DNA of 64,000 nucleotides from Piromyces finnis finn (Eukaryota; Fungi; Neocallimastigomycota): positions 372,001 through 436,000 of the forward strand of contig MCFH01000012.1 of the NCBI GenBank assembly GCA_002104945.1, in the 5' to 3' direction. How positions within the stretch are numbered: the stretch's first letter is position 1; the number at the start of each line of letters is the position of its first letter. This document shows positions 1 to 13,957 of this stretch, piece after piece. The notes below the pieces were generated by a model. That model searched no databases, was not told the DNA's origin, and saw only the letters and a program-made list of their open reading frames with translations. The position numbers and the translations under genes are program-made.

Positions 1-2083
1 AAATGATTATTCTTTTAATCCAAAAAATGCTAATATAGATAAAACAAAATTAAAAAGAAGACACAGTTTTAATGATATATCTTACAACAAAAAGAAGAAA
101 ATATATCAAGAATATTTTAATTCAATAGTAAAAAGAAAATTAGATGACAACGACTATAAAATAAGTAATAAGAAATATAAAATTAATGAAATAATTAACA
201 ATTTACATGTTAAAAGACCTGGAAGTAAAATAGATAATAATAATGTTAAACGTGCTACAAACATTAATTATGATAGGGAAATTGCAAATATAAACATGGA
301 TTCTCCACTAACATTTAATGATGCTATAACAAGCAAATATAAAAATAAATGGATAGAAGCAATTAAAAATGAATTAAAAAATTTATACGATAACAATATT
401 ATGAATTTAGTTTCAAAATTACCTGAAAATAAAAATCCAATTAAAACAAAATGGGTTTTCACAATAAAACGTGACAGTAATAATGATATTGTAAAATTCA
501 AAGCAAGATTAGTAGCAAAAGGATATAGTCAAATAAGAGGAATTGACTATGAATTAACATTTTCTCCTACTCTTAGCATCGATAGTATTAAACTTATTAT
601 TTCATTATCAGCAAAATTTCATTGGAAAATATTTCAACTTGATATTAAAGCTGCTTACCTTAATGCAAAATTAGATAAGGACATATATGTTACAATCCCA
701 CAAGGAGACAAAAATTATGGAAAAGGATACTGGAAATTAAACAAAGCTTTATATGGCTTAAAACAGTCTGGACGTCAATGGAACGAAACAATTACTTTAT
801 TTCTTAAAAATAATGGTTTCAAACAACTGATTTCTGAACCATGCATTTTCAAAAGAGAACGAAATGGTATTACAACATGCATTATAGGTATATATGTTGA
901 TGATATGATCATCACTGGGAAAACGTTTGAAATTGAAAAAACTATTAAACTGATAAAAAACAATTTTAAAATATCAAATTGTGAAAAAATAAATTATTTA
1001 CTTGGAATAAAAATAGAAAATAATGGTTTTAAATATTCAATATCACAAACAAATTATATTGAAAACATTTTATCTAAATATAATATTAAAAATACTCGTA
1101 AAGCAAAAACACCATGCACAGGAGATAATATAAACGAAAATAAAACACCATTCGAAAAAACCACATACAAAAGTGTTTTAGGTTCTTTGATTTATTTATC
1201 AAAATGTAGCCGACCAGATATTGCCTATGCAGTAAATAAAGCAGCCAGAAATGCGGAAAATCCAACAATATCTGATTGGCATAAGGTAATGAATATCTTA
1301 AAATATTTAAATTATACTAAAAATTATAAAATCGAATATTCAGGAACAGGGGAAATTTTAGCTTATTCAGACTCAGACTTAGGAGGTGACCCAAAAGATA
1401 AAAAATCAACATCAGGTCACATAATTTTGATGGGAAATGATCCAATATGTTGGTCCTCAAGAAAACAATCTACAGTAGCTACTTCATCAATGGAGGCTGA
1501 ATATATAAGCACAACGGAATGCTCAAAAAAGGTATTATGGATAAGAAGCATATTACAAGAACTATTCAATTTTAAAAAACCAATAAAAATCTTCACAGAC
1601 AATTTATCAAGTAAAACTTCTATTGAAAATGGACAATTAAACTCAAAATTAAAACATATAAATATAAAATTTTATTTCAATCAAGACCACATTAAAAATA
1701 AAAGAATAATTTTAGAATACATCAATACAGAAGACATGTTGGCTGATGTTCTAACTAAAAATGTTAATGGACCAAAAATGAAGAAATTCTCAAACATAAT
1801 TTTCAAACATGCAGAAAATTAAGTTTGACAGGGGAATGTTAGAAATATTGAAAAACAAAGAAATATTTTTTTTAATATATATAATGAATTTAAATTAAAT
1901 TAAGATCGTTGTTAAAATATATTAAAGTATATTTTTTTACATCTCATTGTATTATTTTGACATGTATTATTAACAAGCCACAATTAGTATAAATATGATT
2001 GTAATTTTCCATTTTTGTAATACTTTGTAATTACCAAAATATAAAATATATTTTATTATTAAATAAAGTTTATTATTAAAAAC
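1..2083 (+). mobile_element. Ty1/copia LTR retrotransposon, 3' end including PPT and 3' LTR
   Basis: The pol stop at 1822 is followed by purine tract AGGGGAA (1830-1836) and TGTTAG at 1837. The LTR end is uncertain: AACA ends at 1975, 2083 and 2335, with AATAAA near 2061. Confidence 0.8.
2..1822 (+). CDS. Ty1/copia pol, 3' part (reverse transcriptase + RNase H); frame open to the window edge
   Basis: KARLVAKGYSQIRGIDY, QLDIKAAYLNA, LNKALYGLKQSGRQW, IYVDD, YSDSD, SSMEAEY, DN and ADVLTK motifs. I translated 2-295 in the same frame and found no stop. Confidence 0.96.
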   Translation, partial: NDYSFNPKNANIDKTKLKRRHSFNDISYNKKKKIYQEYFNSIVKRKLDDNDYKISNKKYKINEIINNLHVKRPGSKIDNNNVKRATNINYDREIANINMDSPLTFNDAITSKYKNKWIEAIKNELKNLYDNNIMNLVSKLPENKNPIKTKWVFTIKRDSNNDIVKFKARLVAKGYSQIRGIDYELTFSPTLSIDSIKLIISLSAKFHWKIFQLDIKAAYLNAKLDKDIYVTIPQGDKNYGKGYWKLNKALYGLKQSGRQWNETITLFLKNNGFKQLISEPCIFKRERNGITTCIIGIYVDDMIITGKTFEIEKTIKLIKNNFKISNCEKINYLLGIKIENNGFKYSISQTNYIENILSKYNIKNTRKAKTPCTGDNINENKTPFEKTTYKSVLGSLIYLSKCSRPDIAYAVNKAARNAENPTISDWHKVMNILKYLNYTKNYKIEYSGTGEILAYSDSDLGGDPKDKKSTSGHIILMGNDPICWSSRKQSTVATSSMEAEYISTTECSKKVLWIRSILQELFNFKKPIKIFTDNLSSKTSIENGQLNSKLKHINIKFYFNQDHIKNKRIILEYINTEDMLADVLTKNVNGPKMKKFSNIIFKHAEN

Positions 2084-2398
2084 ATATTATAAAACGTTTT
2101 GTAATTAATAATAATTCTCTATATTATAATTGATATTCAATTATATTTAATTATAGGAATTTTATAATATAAAGATATTGATGTTTAATAATTAATTATA
2201 GAGGTTCTAATAATTAATAATAAATATAATAATTAAAGAAGTGAAATTATTAGAAAGAAGAATTAATTATAATAATAAAATATATTCACCTACTATAATA
2301 TATTATAAATAAGCTAATATTAAATTACTACAACATAAAAGAAACATATATCATTTATTTTATCATTTTAGAAGAAAATGAAAAAGGTATTTGTGTTA

Positions 2399-2658
2399 TT
2401 TATTATAATTTATTCTTTTATAATAATAACTCTTGAATTTCTAAAGAATTTCAAGAGTGTTTTATTTAAGACGCAATCAGAAAAACCTTAAAAAATACCG
2501 ATTCCTATTCTATTCATATTTAATACAATATTTATTATAATTTATTCTTTTATAATAATAACTCTTGAATTTCTAAAGAATTTCAAAAGTGTTTTATTTA
2601 AGACGCAATCGGAAAAACCTTAATACCGATTCCTATTCTATTCATATTTAATACAATA
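2399..2658. repeat. Tandem duplication of about 130 bp
   Basis: 2399-2530 is nearly identical to 2531-2658. Each copy holds the near-palindrome TCTTGAATTTCT-AA-AGAATTTCAA(G/A)A. Confidence 0.9.
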
Positions 2659-3173
2659 ATTAAATAATTAAAATATAATTAATACTTAATTATTAATTCT
2701 TTAAAATGATAAATATAATGAATATTAATTATCAAAGTTAAATGTATAAAATAATAATATGTAAATAAATTATTTATATTAATTAAATACACATAACTAT
2801 AATAAATAAATAAATTTTATATTTTATATTAATGTATATAAAATTAATATTTTAAATACACTATTAATATTAATTAAGTGAATGGAATATTTAATGAATG
2901 AATAAATTATTAATAATAATTGAAGGTATAGAAAGTATAATAAATAAATAAATTTCATATTTAAAAGTTGGTGTATATGTAGAGTAATATTTTAAATTAA
3001 TTATTATTAAATAATAAGAAATAGTAATTATTCAATTAAGAATAATTATTATTTCTTACAGTATGTGTAAGAAATTATATTTATTTCCTTATAAATAATC
3101 TAAAAATGTATCATCGGCAATATTTACTTCCCGCAAACTAAGTAGCCGGATGCTAGATTAATTGTCTTTGATG

Positions 3174-3445
3174 AATTTGATAAGTGGTTAACAACACATA
3201 GCAAATTCAATTCAACAACTACCCTGCTTTAGGAAAGATTGGAAAAGCCTTAAAAAACTTGCCAAACCAAGTTATTTATCTTCTTATGTTTTAACCATTA
3301 AGAGCAAAAATTTGATAAGTGGTTAACAACACATAGCAAATTCAATTCAACAACTACCCTGCTTTAGGAAAGATTGGAAAAGCCTTAAAAAACTTGCCAA
3401 ACCAAGTTATTTATCTTCTTATGTTTTAACCATTAAGAGCAAAAA
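3174..3445. repeat. 135-bp perfect tandem duplication inside the LINE remnant
   Basis: AATTTGATAAGTGG...TTAAGAGCAA starts at both 3174 and 3309. Confidence 0.95.
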
Positions 3446-4100
3446 TGACAAAAAACTTATTTTCTCCATGAGAACAACTAAGACGTTGGGCTGAACATTA
3501 TGAAAATCTCGCATTTGATGTTATAAGTTATAGCTTAAGCCGTTGTCATTGAGAAAGAGTCTTCCATTTCAATCGTATCAATCAAAAAGCATGGGATATT
3601 AATGGTCCCATTTCTATTAAAAAAATTAAAAATACTGTTCTGTCAATGAAGAATAATAAAGCCCCAGGTCCTGATGGCATCCCAATTGAATTCTTCAAAG
3701 CTTTCTTTTGTAAAAAAGAATTGGAAAAAAACTTAAGTCTGCTAAAAATTGTCTTAAATTAATTTTCGAAAAAGTATGGAATGGTATAGAATGATACCTT
3801 TCCTTTAAAATGGAACTCTACTTCCATTGTTTCTATTCCAAAAAAAAGGTGATCTTTCAGATTGTAATAATTACCGTGGTATCTCTTTCATCAATATAGG
3901 TCTTAAAATTATTTCTAAAATTGTAGTGGATAGAATTTCAAAGTATGTTCTTTCTCATAACTTTATCAGACCTGAGCAATTTGGTTTTCGTAATAAGTAA
4001 GAATGTATTAGCTTACTTATTTCTATTAGAGAAATCTGTCAAAGAAAATTTAAAGGAAAAGCTACTTATGTTGCTTTTCTTAACCTCAAAAAAGCACACA
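3174..4100 (+). mobile_element. Decayed non-LTR (LINE) ORF2 fragment, RT N-terminal domains
   Basis: Translates with stops and frameshifts to EQLRRWAEHYENL, KNNKAPGPDGIPIEFFK, SIVSIPKKGDLSDCNNYRGIS, IRPEQFGFR and YVAFLNLKKA. Confidence 0.9.
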
Positions 4101-4269
4101 ACTTAGTTTCTTGATATACTTGTCTTGGAATCCTTTTCCACAAATACCTTTCTTCTTCTCCTATTCTATCTAACATGTAAAAAAAAAGTTCAAAAATCTT
4201 TATTCCCTTTTTATTTAAAACATTGTTTTGTTTAAATAAAATGCATTTTGTAGACTGGCTTCAAAAATA

Positions 4270-4490
4270 GTAGGGAGAACTTCCAGATTCTTCAAATTTT
4301 TCTTGATATTTTGGATGAAAGCCATTGTAAAACATAAAAAGTAATTGCTTTATAATTCCAATAAAAATATTAAATATATGATCTAAATTCTCCCATATAT
4401 TCATTGATTTTCCCACATGATTGTTTCAGTTTTATTAATTTAATTCTAGTTAATTTGCAGCTTGAAACATTAGAGAAAGCATTTTTTTAA
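4270..4490 (-). mobile_element. Degenerate retrotransposon Gag remnant (Ty3/gypsy-like)
   Basis: The minus strand reads KLIKLKQSCGKINEYMGEFRSY*..WNYKA, then after a frameshift MFYNGFHPKYQE. This resembles the Retrotrans_gag pattern (LKQ-G-V-EY--EF...W...F--G). Confidence 0.5.
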
Positions 4491-5913
4491 TTTTCTAATA
4501 ATTCAAATATTATTAAAGGGTGAGCGTATCTTGTTTAGTATCAGATTTTAGTAGTACCTCTTATTCTAATTTTAACAAAGTTAATTTTGGCTTCCTCCAT
4601 CATATATTTATTAGAGCATGTGCTATAAATTTAATAGAAAAAGTTTTGGATTTAAGAAGATCTAATTTTAAAAATTATAAAATTTGATAGAAAACTTAAA
4701 AAAAAAAGACCAAGTCAAAAAATATTTCTGATAAACTGAATAAAGAAAAAATAGTAATTTAATTAGACAGAGAAATTAATTGTTTGTAATTGAAAGAATT
4801 CTATGAATTCAAAATTCAAATTAAAAATCTTCACAAACTATATATGAAAAAAAAAAAATTAGATTAAATACAAACACCGTAGTTCAATACTTAACTCAAT
4901 TATACAAATTGTTTTATAAAATTATAATAATCATTATATAAAAGAATATTTAAAATTAAAATAAAAAAAATAAAATTTGGTTTACTTTTAATAGAAATTA
5001 GAATAAGTATTATATAAAAGATTAATTAAATATATATATATATATTTCATTTTAGTTCAAATTATTTATAAAAGTAACGTTATTTATGATAAAAATATAT
5101 AATTAAATGTAATACGAATGTTAGAATAATAAAAAAAAAAAATAAATGGGCATACTAACTTAAATAACCGATATATTATTGAACTAATAAGTTTAATAAA
5201 ACATTTAAAACTTTATTTTAGTCTAAGATAGTTATAAATTATTATAAATGGTAATTAAGTAAAGAAAAGATATTATATATAAAAGGTAAAAATTTGATAT
5301 AATTATCATTATTTAATAATTATATATAATAAAATAGTGATAGTGGTAAAGCTATATTAGACTTTTTTTAATAAATATTATTATTTTTTGTGGTATTAAA
5401 AAAAGTTTTTTAAACTTTAATAATTTATTACATGTATTATATGTTACATCATTTATAAAATTATATACTATTATACAAAATAATTAGTTTTTATTAGAGT
5501 TAGTTATACTTTTACGATACATATATATATACACGAAATGATAAATTTTTCATTTATCATTGAACTTTATTATTTTCATTGACAAGTGACAAGTGAATAA
5601 AAAGAGGACCTCTAATTTTATTATTTTTATTGACAAGTGACAAGTGAATAAAAAGAGGACCTCTAATTTCATATCATAATAACTATGCATGATATATACG
5701 CTACAATATAAAAAATAAGATGTTTACTTCATTACAATAATGAAGTATTTAATTATAAATAAAAATGTTTTTTTCATATTAATAACTTTTATAATTTTAT
5801 AATTCTTTACATTTTATTATTTATTTAATATTTATACACATTAGAATAAAATAAATTTTTTTATATTCACAGGGAAGAATATAATTTTTTTTTTGGATAA
5901 TGAAATACCCATT

Positions 5914-5924
5914 ACAACAACAAC

Positions 5925-5963
<39 letters not shown>

Positions 5964-6023
5964 CTAATTATTATTATTATTATTATTATTCTAATTATTA
6001 TTATTATTATTATTATTATTCTA

Positions 6024-6054
<31 letters not shown>

Positions 6055-6086
6055 TAATTATTATTATTATTATTATTATTATTCTA

Positions 6087-6126
<40 letters not shown>
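5914..6126. repeat. Compound microsatellite (ACA)n(AAT)n(TTA)n with periodic TTCTAA interruptions
   Basis: Read directly from the sequence. Confidence 0.95.
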
Positions 6127-8963
6127 GTTAACATATTATATTTTTTCTTTATTAACAATCATCTAGCTAAAGATTATTTTAACAAATATACATTATTTCA
6201 TAAATATGAATTGTTTTAAAATTAATATAGTTTATCTAATAACAAATATTATTAGTTATATTTCTATTTTTATTATTCAATATTTAACTTTTTCATAACT
6301 TTCCAACTTTTTATTATTCAACGTTTGCGTTTGACTCTTTCAGATCTTTTCACCTTATTTTTCTCCAAATCATCATTTTTAATATTAATTAAGATTTTAA
6401 AATTTTAATATAAATGGACTTGTCTCCCAAATTTTAGTGCTCATTTTTTTATAAAGAATGCTTTAATACTTTTATAAATAATAGCAAATTTTTAATTTTT
6501 TTTTTTTTAATGCTATTGTATCTCTTTGATAACAGAAAAAAGAACGAATATATAAAAGTAGCTATATTTATTTTAAATACTATAAGCTAATTCTTTTTAA
6601 ATAAAAAAAAAAACACTTTTCTTTTGTTACTTTTACCTTTTCTTTTTTAAATTTTTTATTATACAAAATGATTTATTTTGATTGTAATGTATAATATATT
6701 ATAATATATTATAAATAAATTGATGTAGTATATTAAAATTAATTCAAAGAAACATTCTTAAAATTTTAAAAGGCATTTTCAGTAAAGAAAAACTTTTTTT
6801 TTTTCTTTACCATTTTATTTGGCAAGAAAAAAAAGTAATAAAAATAAAAGGATCAAAAGGTTTCTTTTTTTGTTCTTTTTGGTTGGCATTTTTTCTTCCT
6901 TTTCAAAGGTTTTTTTTTTTTAAATAAAAAAAAAATGTTAAATTGAGGCTGAATTTTGACTGAATAAATTAAAAAAAAGTGGCAATTTTAAAAAAATATT
7001 AAAATACTAACCCTTTATTTTCTTTCTATATATTTACCTAACCCTTACAAATTTCGGTATAATTTTTAAATGCCAATTTTTATTTATCCTATGAATAATA
7101 CATAAAACATCATTAAAGACTTAATTAATGTATACATTAATGTATTTAGTGAATAAACCATTAATGTAAATGATTCATATATATAGAATATAATATAAAT
7201 TGCATTTAATATACTATAATTAAGATATAATATGTAGATAATATATAATATAAAAAAAAAGCAACATACTAAAAAAAATTGCTTTTTATATTGAAAAAAG
7301 AATAGAAATAGTTTAGGTCAAAGATAGCGTACATTTAATATAAAATATATAACAATATAGGAAATAAAAAGCTACACTTTAAAAAAATTGCTGGTTTATC
7401 CTTTCCTAAGTCCTTTTTTTTTTATATAAAATAAAATGATGTTAAATTTGGAAGAATTTTTATTTTTATCTCTAATATATTATAAAATAAATAGAATAAT
7501 ATATTTCTATATATAAATATATATGGTTAAATATATAATAAATATATTATAATTTCTCGAAATAAAAAATTATTAAAAATTTTTAATTTAATAATAAATT
7601 AATTTATCATTCAAAAAAAAAAAACAAAAAAAAAAGAGCATTTTTGTTGTTGATAAAAAAAAATAAAAAAAAAAGAAGAAATTGATTGATTGATTGAATA
7701 TAAAAAGAAAAAGAAATTGACCATTTTCCCTTTTAAATAATAAAACTTAAACTATGTCTTAAAATAATAAAATAAATAAATAATTTAAAATTCAAAAATT
7801 AAAATTTATTTAATATCGGTAGTTTTTTTTCTTTCTTATCAATTTAAAATATAAGAAATACTATAATTCTTTATAGTGAAAAAAAAAAAAATAGTATCAA
7901 TCTAAAACTGTTAAATAAACCATTATCACTTTAAAATTCATAAAGATTTTACATATATTATACTTTTTATATAAAAAAAATAAAAGTTGTTATTTCTTTT
8001 TTTTTTTTTAAGAAAGAAAGAAAAAAAAGAGACAAAATAATAAAACTTTAGGTATATTTTTTTATTTAAATTATTTAATAAATTATTATTTGTTTTTAAA
8101 GTAAAAGTATATATTATATAAAGACTGGAATAAAAAGAAGGGATAATTTATTTAAAGTTGCTTATATGATATTAAATATAAAAAGTTGGTTGTTTATTAG
8201 GAAAATTAAAAAAAAAAAAGTTTAATTTTTTATTTTTATATAACTTTATATAAATAAAGAATGAACTTGCATTAAATTTATTAAATATAATGTATAATGT
8301 ATAGGAAATAGAATAGTAACTATAACAGTATAATAGTAATATATATAAACATATATTAAATCATCTTTTTAGTATTCATTCTACATGAAAATAAAACTTT
8401 GTTTTAAAAAATTTCTATCCAACTGATATAATTTTTAAATACAATTAAATATTAAGTAAATAATATATTAATAATATTTTTTATTTTATATATATATATA
8501 AAACCTTTAGAGATTTTTATAATATATTATACACATACAATAGAAATAGAAAAATAAAGACTTTGTATAAACATTGTTAATTTTATAACAAAAATAAAAA
8601 AGAATAAAAATATTAAATATTACATATAAATATAATCAATACCATAACAATAAAATTAAAAGTATTTTTTATTTAAAAAAAAAAGGAAAAAATTGAAATA
8701 TTTTTATCCATAAAGATAATTATTAATTTATCATTAAAGGAAAAACTAATGAATTATTAAATTTTTACAATTCAAAAAGGTATAATAAGATAAAAGAAAT
8801 AAATGAAATTATTATTATTATTGTTATTATATAAATTTATACTTAATTGAATAAAAGTTATTATTATTATTAATATATTTGTGTATTTATCTTTCAACAT
8901 TAATTATAGTTATTTATTTCAGGTTTCAATAATTTATAATATATAATAATATAAAAAAAAAAA

Positions 8964-11505
8964 ATGGATCATAAATATATTGAATTAAATGATATTTCAC
9001 CAAAGGATAATAAAAATATCGATACTAATTATGAAGAACATATATTAATGCAAAATAATCCTTCTGCAGGTGAAGATATAAATTTATCTATCGACATACC
9101 TCTTGACTATATAGACGAAAATGATATTCAAGAAACTTCATCTGTTTCTGATTTTACTCCAGTTTTGGAAAATCATCCTCATGAACCTTTACTTGCTACT
9201 AAGGGCAATGGTAAAGATTCTTTAGAAAACACAAACAGTCCTATCGCACAACAACCTAAATATAAAATTACTTTTAAATCCTTATTTTTACTCGATTATG
9301 AATTAACTGCTGAAGTAATTATCATTATTTTTAATAATACCAATATATAAAATAAAATACTTATTAAATACATTATTATTGAATTACTGAATATACATTT
9401 ACGATATATAAAATATATTAATGTTATATATTTATAATTTAATTTTTTTTTTTTTGGTAAAATAGGCACTACCATCACTCATTATTTCAGTAATTGGTTT
9501 AACCATTTCAGGTTGGCTTTTAAATATTGTAATGGTAAGTATTAAATATAAAATAAAGGTTATTAATGTAGTTATATAAACTATTTAGATATTCAAAAAA
9601 TGATAGAAAATAAAAATATTATTAGTAATAATAAGAAAATAAAAATATTAAAAAAATTTTATTATTCATTTTTTTTTTTTTAAAAAAATATTCCTTTTAC
9701 TTAGAGTTGGGAAGTATATGAAAAAATTTCAGAATTGATTGTTTTGATTCCAATTTTATTAAATTTAAAAGGTAATTTGGAAATGAATTTAGCATCCCGT
9801 TTATCTACAGAGGTATAGTAAAATTATTATAACAAAATTTAATTATATTCAATAGAAATAAATTTATATGAATTAACAATAATTTATATTTATACATTCT
9901 TAATATTATCTTTTTATTTTTTAATAACTGTAATAATAGTCAAATTTAGGACATTTAGATACTTATAATATGGCAAAAGATATTATTGTCGGTAATATGA
10001 TTGTATTGCAAGCTCAAGCCTTTATTGTAGGATCAATTTCTGGTTTATTTGCATGGTTTATGGGAGGCATGTCAAATGGTGAATTTATTGGTCTTGATAA
10101 GACTATTGTTTTAGTTATATCATCAATATTTTCTGCATCAATTTGTAGTTTAATTCTGTAAGTTTCTTTATTCCTTGTTCTTATATATATATAGATATAT
10201 AGATAGATTTTAATAATAATTACTTTTGTTAACATATATTTAAATAAAATTTAGTGGTATCATGGTATCTGTAATTATTGTATATAGTAAAAAATTAAAG
10301 ATTAATCCAGATAATGTTGCTACTCCATTAGCAGGTATATTTTTTTTTTATCAAAAATTTTATTAAATTAGATAAGTCATTATGATGAAATACTAGAATA
10401 ATAAATACACTTTTTTTTCTAATACTTTTATTATTATTATTAAATATATCTAATTAAATAGCTAGTATGGGTGATTTAATTACTTTACTTGTTTTATCTG
10501 TTTGTGGTGATGTTTTAATAAGATTACAAGGAACCATTTTCAATGATATTCTTTTAATTGTTTTATTTGCCTTAATTCCATACTTTTGTTATTTGGCATT
10601 AAAAAACATCGTAAATATACCTTTCAGTAACATATAGATTATCAAAAAACTTATTATGCTTTATTTTCTAAAAAAAATGAATAATTACATACTATATTAA
10701 TTTAATTGTATAATATATAATATATTTATTTAAATTTTTAATAGTATGTTCGTGATGTATTATTTGCAGGTTGGGTTCCTATCATTTCTTCATTAGTTAT
10801 TACCAGGTAAATAATAATAAAATCAATAATTAAACTTGTATAATTTGTTTAATTTATATTTAAAAAATATTTATATGAAAATAATATTATATATTTCTGC
10901 AAAAAAATAGTATTGCTGGTATTGTATTTGAAAAGTATATGGACTCTTACAAGGGTATAGCTGTTATTATGCCAGTACTCAACGGTATTGCTGGTAATAT
11001 TGGTTCTTTATACGTTAGTAGACTTTCCACTGATTTACATATTGGTGTAGTCAATAACTATGTAAAAACATTTGTTACCTTATTCTGGATTCATTTACCA
11101 ACTGAATGGTCCTTCCTTATATTAATTGAAGTTTTCAATTTGGGTGATACTAATGTTAACATCTTATTCATTATCGTCTATACCCTTATGAGTGTATTAT
11201 TGGTAAGTTGTCTTTTTTTTTTTTTTTTTCACATTATTAATATTTTTTTTGTATTATTAATATATATATATATATTTTACAAATATTTCTTAAATAATAA
11301 TTTATATTTTTAGATGACGATTATTTTACTATTTGCTCATAAAGCTACATATTGGTTCTGGAATCATCACTTTGATCCAGATAATTATTGTTTACCAACT
11401 TTAACTGCTTTATCAGATGTTTTAGGTACTGTATTATTAGTTTACCAATACTATTTATTATTTATTATGGGCGACAAAACTAATTACATTGAAAGCAGTG
11501 CTTAA
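8964..11505 (+). CDS. SLC41/MgtE-family divalent cation (Mg2+) transporter, multi-exon
   Basis: Spliced exons give [76 protein letters not shown] and [19 protein letters not shown] (two MgtE repeats). GT-AG junctions are canonical. Confidence 0.92.
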
Positions 11506-11926
11506 GTATCACCAAGAAAATAATTTGAATTAAAAAGACATAAATTTTTATAAAAAGAAGAAAAAAAAAAAAAAGGAAAAGAGAAAAATATTTAAAAAAA
11601 ATTAACAAAAAATGAAGAAAATATCATAACCATAGAATCATAATATTTTTTTATTTTCTTAATTATATTATTAATTTATTTAAATTTCATCAATATCTCA
11701 TGTTATGATTAAAATTCAAAATTACAGAAAAAAAAAAAAAAAAAAAAAGCAATGATAATAACATAATAACAATACTTTATCATCAAAAAACATAAATACC
11801 AACATAGATAGTAATATTATTCATGATTTTCATTTCATTATTTATCTTTTTCCTATTTCCTTTTTTTTTTTTTTTTTTTATTTTATTTCAAATATAATTT
11901 TGATTAATATAGAAACTATAAATCCT

Positions 11927-11957
<31 letters not shown>

Positions 11958-12107
11958 TATTTATTTTAATATTTTGTTTATATAAAAGAAAAAAGAAATA
12001 ATAAAACATAATATTTTATTATATATATATATATAAAACTAATAAAAATATGTATGACTTTTTTTTTTTTCTTTATTTTTAGGGATTACATTTAGTATAC
12101 AATAGGA

Positions 12108-12148
<41 letters not shown>

Positions 12149-12161
12149 TAATAATAATAAC

Positions 12162-12195
<34 letters not shown>

Positions 12196-13089
12196 TAGAA
12201 AATAAAATTAAATAATATTTACACCATTTTAATAAAACATTTTTTTTTTCGTTCTGTTTTTACATTTATTTCTTTTTTTTTTTTTTTTTTTTTTAATGAT
12301 ATATATTATTTTTTTTTTTCTGAGAAAGAGAAGAAGAAGAAGAAAAAAAAAAAAATATCTAAACCTTCTTTAAATTAATATATATATATATAAATATAAA
12401 TATATAAATATATAAATATATAAAGTAAATAAATAAATTAAATTATAACAATATTGTATATATATACATATTATATTTGTCTTGAAAAAGGTAATACTTT
12501 TTTTTTTTTTTAAAAAAAAAAAAACAAACAAACAAATAAGAATTGAAAAGAGATGTATTTTTTTTATTATTTTGATTATATAGGTGTTGTTTATAGTTTT
12601 ATTACATAAGAAACTTGATTAGTTATTGTTGAAAATAATAGTAACCTTAAATTATGCAAGCAACAAATTCTTTAAATTCAAATCGTTTTTATGTTTCATT
12701 AGTCTTAGCAAATCCCACTTCAATTTAGAAAAAAAAAAATTACTTGGATTATTCTCTCTGATTACAAGAATACTATTAAAATTGTTATCTTGTTGTTACA
12801 AGTAATAAAGTTACTACCCCTCTGTGTCTGTTCATGTTAAGACGGTAAGAATGAATAATTTATTTTTTCTTTATTTTTTATTTTTTTATCATTGAATTTA
12901 AAGTGAATACATAGACCTTCTTCACATAACTGTTCTTGACGTTTTTTATTACCTTTTTTTTTAATAATAAATAAAAAAATTTATTACTCCCTAGAAATAA
13001 AAGGTAAGAAAAATCATAACTTTTTTTAATTTTATTAGTTAAAAGATAAAGATAAATTCCATGAAGTACAAACTGCAGAGTTCAACTTA

Positions 13090-13120
<31 letters not shown>

Positions 13121-13636
13121 GTATTTATATCATAATTTTCATAATTTTTATTTATTCTTTATTTAATTAATATTATCATTATGTATTATTTCCTAATAGA
13201 ATAGGAAATTAATAAATTAATATAAATAAGTAGATACAAAATTTGTATTCTCCTTGTCCAAAAAAAAGTTCTTACATACAAATATTATATATATTAATTA
13301 AATATTAATGTCTTGGTAGTGTATCTTTTTCTTTCATTTTTGACTTTTGCTTTTTATTCCCTTCTTATATTAATTTCCATATGAGATAGGTGAAATGAAA
13401 TCGCTAATGAAAAACCAAGATTATCCTATATAAATATTGGATTATGAAAACTAGTCGCTCTCTATATTTTTAAATAAATCAATTTCGAAAAAAAAAAAAA
13501 AAAAATTAATTGATGGATTTGCTGCTGATATCTATATAATAAATATCATTTATTCTAAAGGATAAATTTTTTTATATAGAAATTATATAGATTATATTAA
13601 AAAAGTTGTCTTTTTTACTGCTTTTTTGAATCTGGA

Positions 13637-13957
13637 AAGAGCGTCAATGCTGAAGAAACAGTAAGACAGGCCAGGAGGACCAGCGCAACCAATGGAGATC
13701 ATAATTTTGTTCCATGATAAAATTTTGATCTTTGGCTCGGTGTCCCATTGAAAGTCAAATACAATTATTATACTTTAGTATCATAGTGGCTTTCTTATTG
13801 TACTAAAATACATTATACTCAATTTCTATTCATTTGTGTTTATTTAAACCTATTTCTTAATTTTAATTTCTATTTTTAATTTTATTTTCTTATAAAATGT
13901 ATTATAAATTTAATAAAGTTTAAAAATATTTGATGCCATTAAAAAAAGAAAAAAAAA
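13637..13957 (+). mobile_element. 5'-truncated LINE 3' end with poly(A)
   Basis: Highly similar to the reverse complement of 21941-22261 and ends in TTTGATGCCATT plus an A-tract. A possible degenerate TSD is TTGAATCTGG / TTGATTCTGG. Confidence 0.85.
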
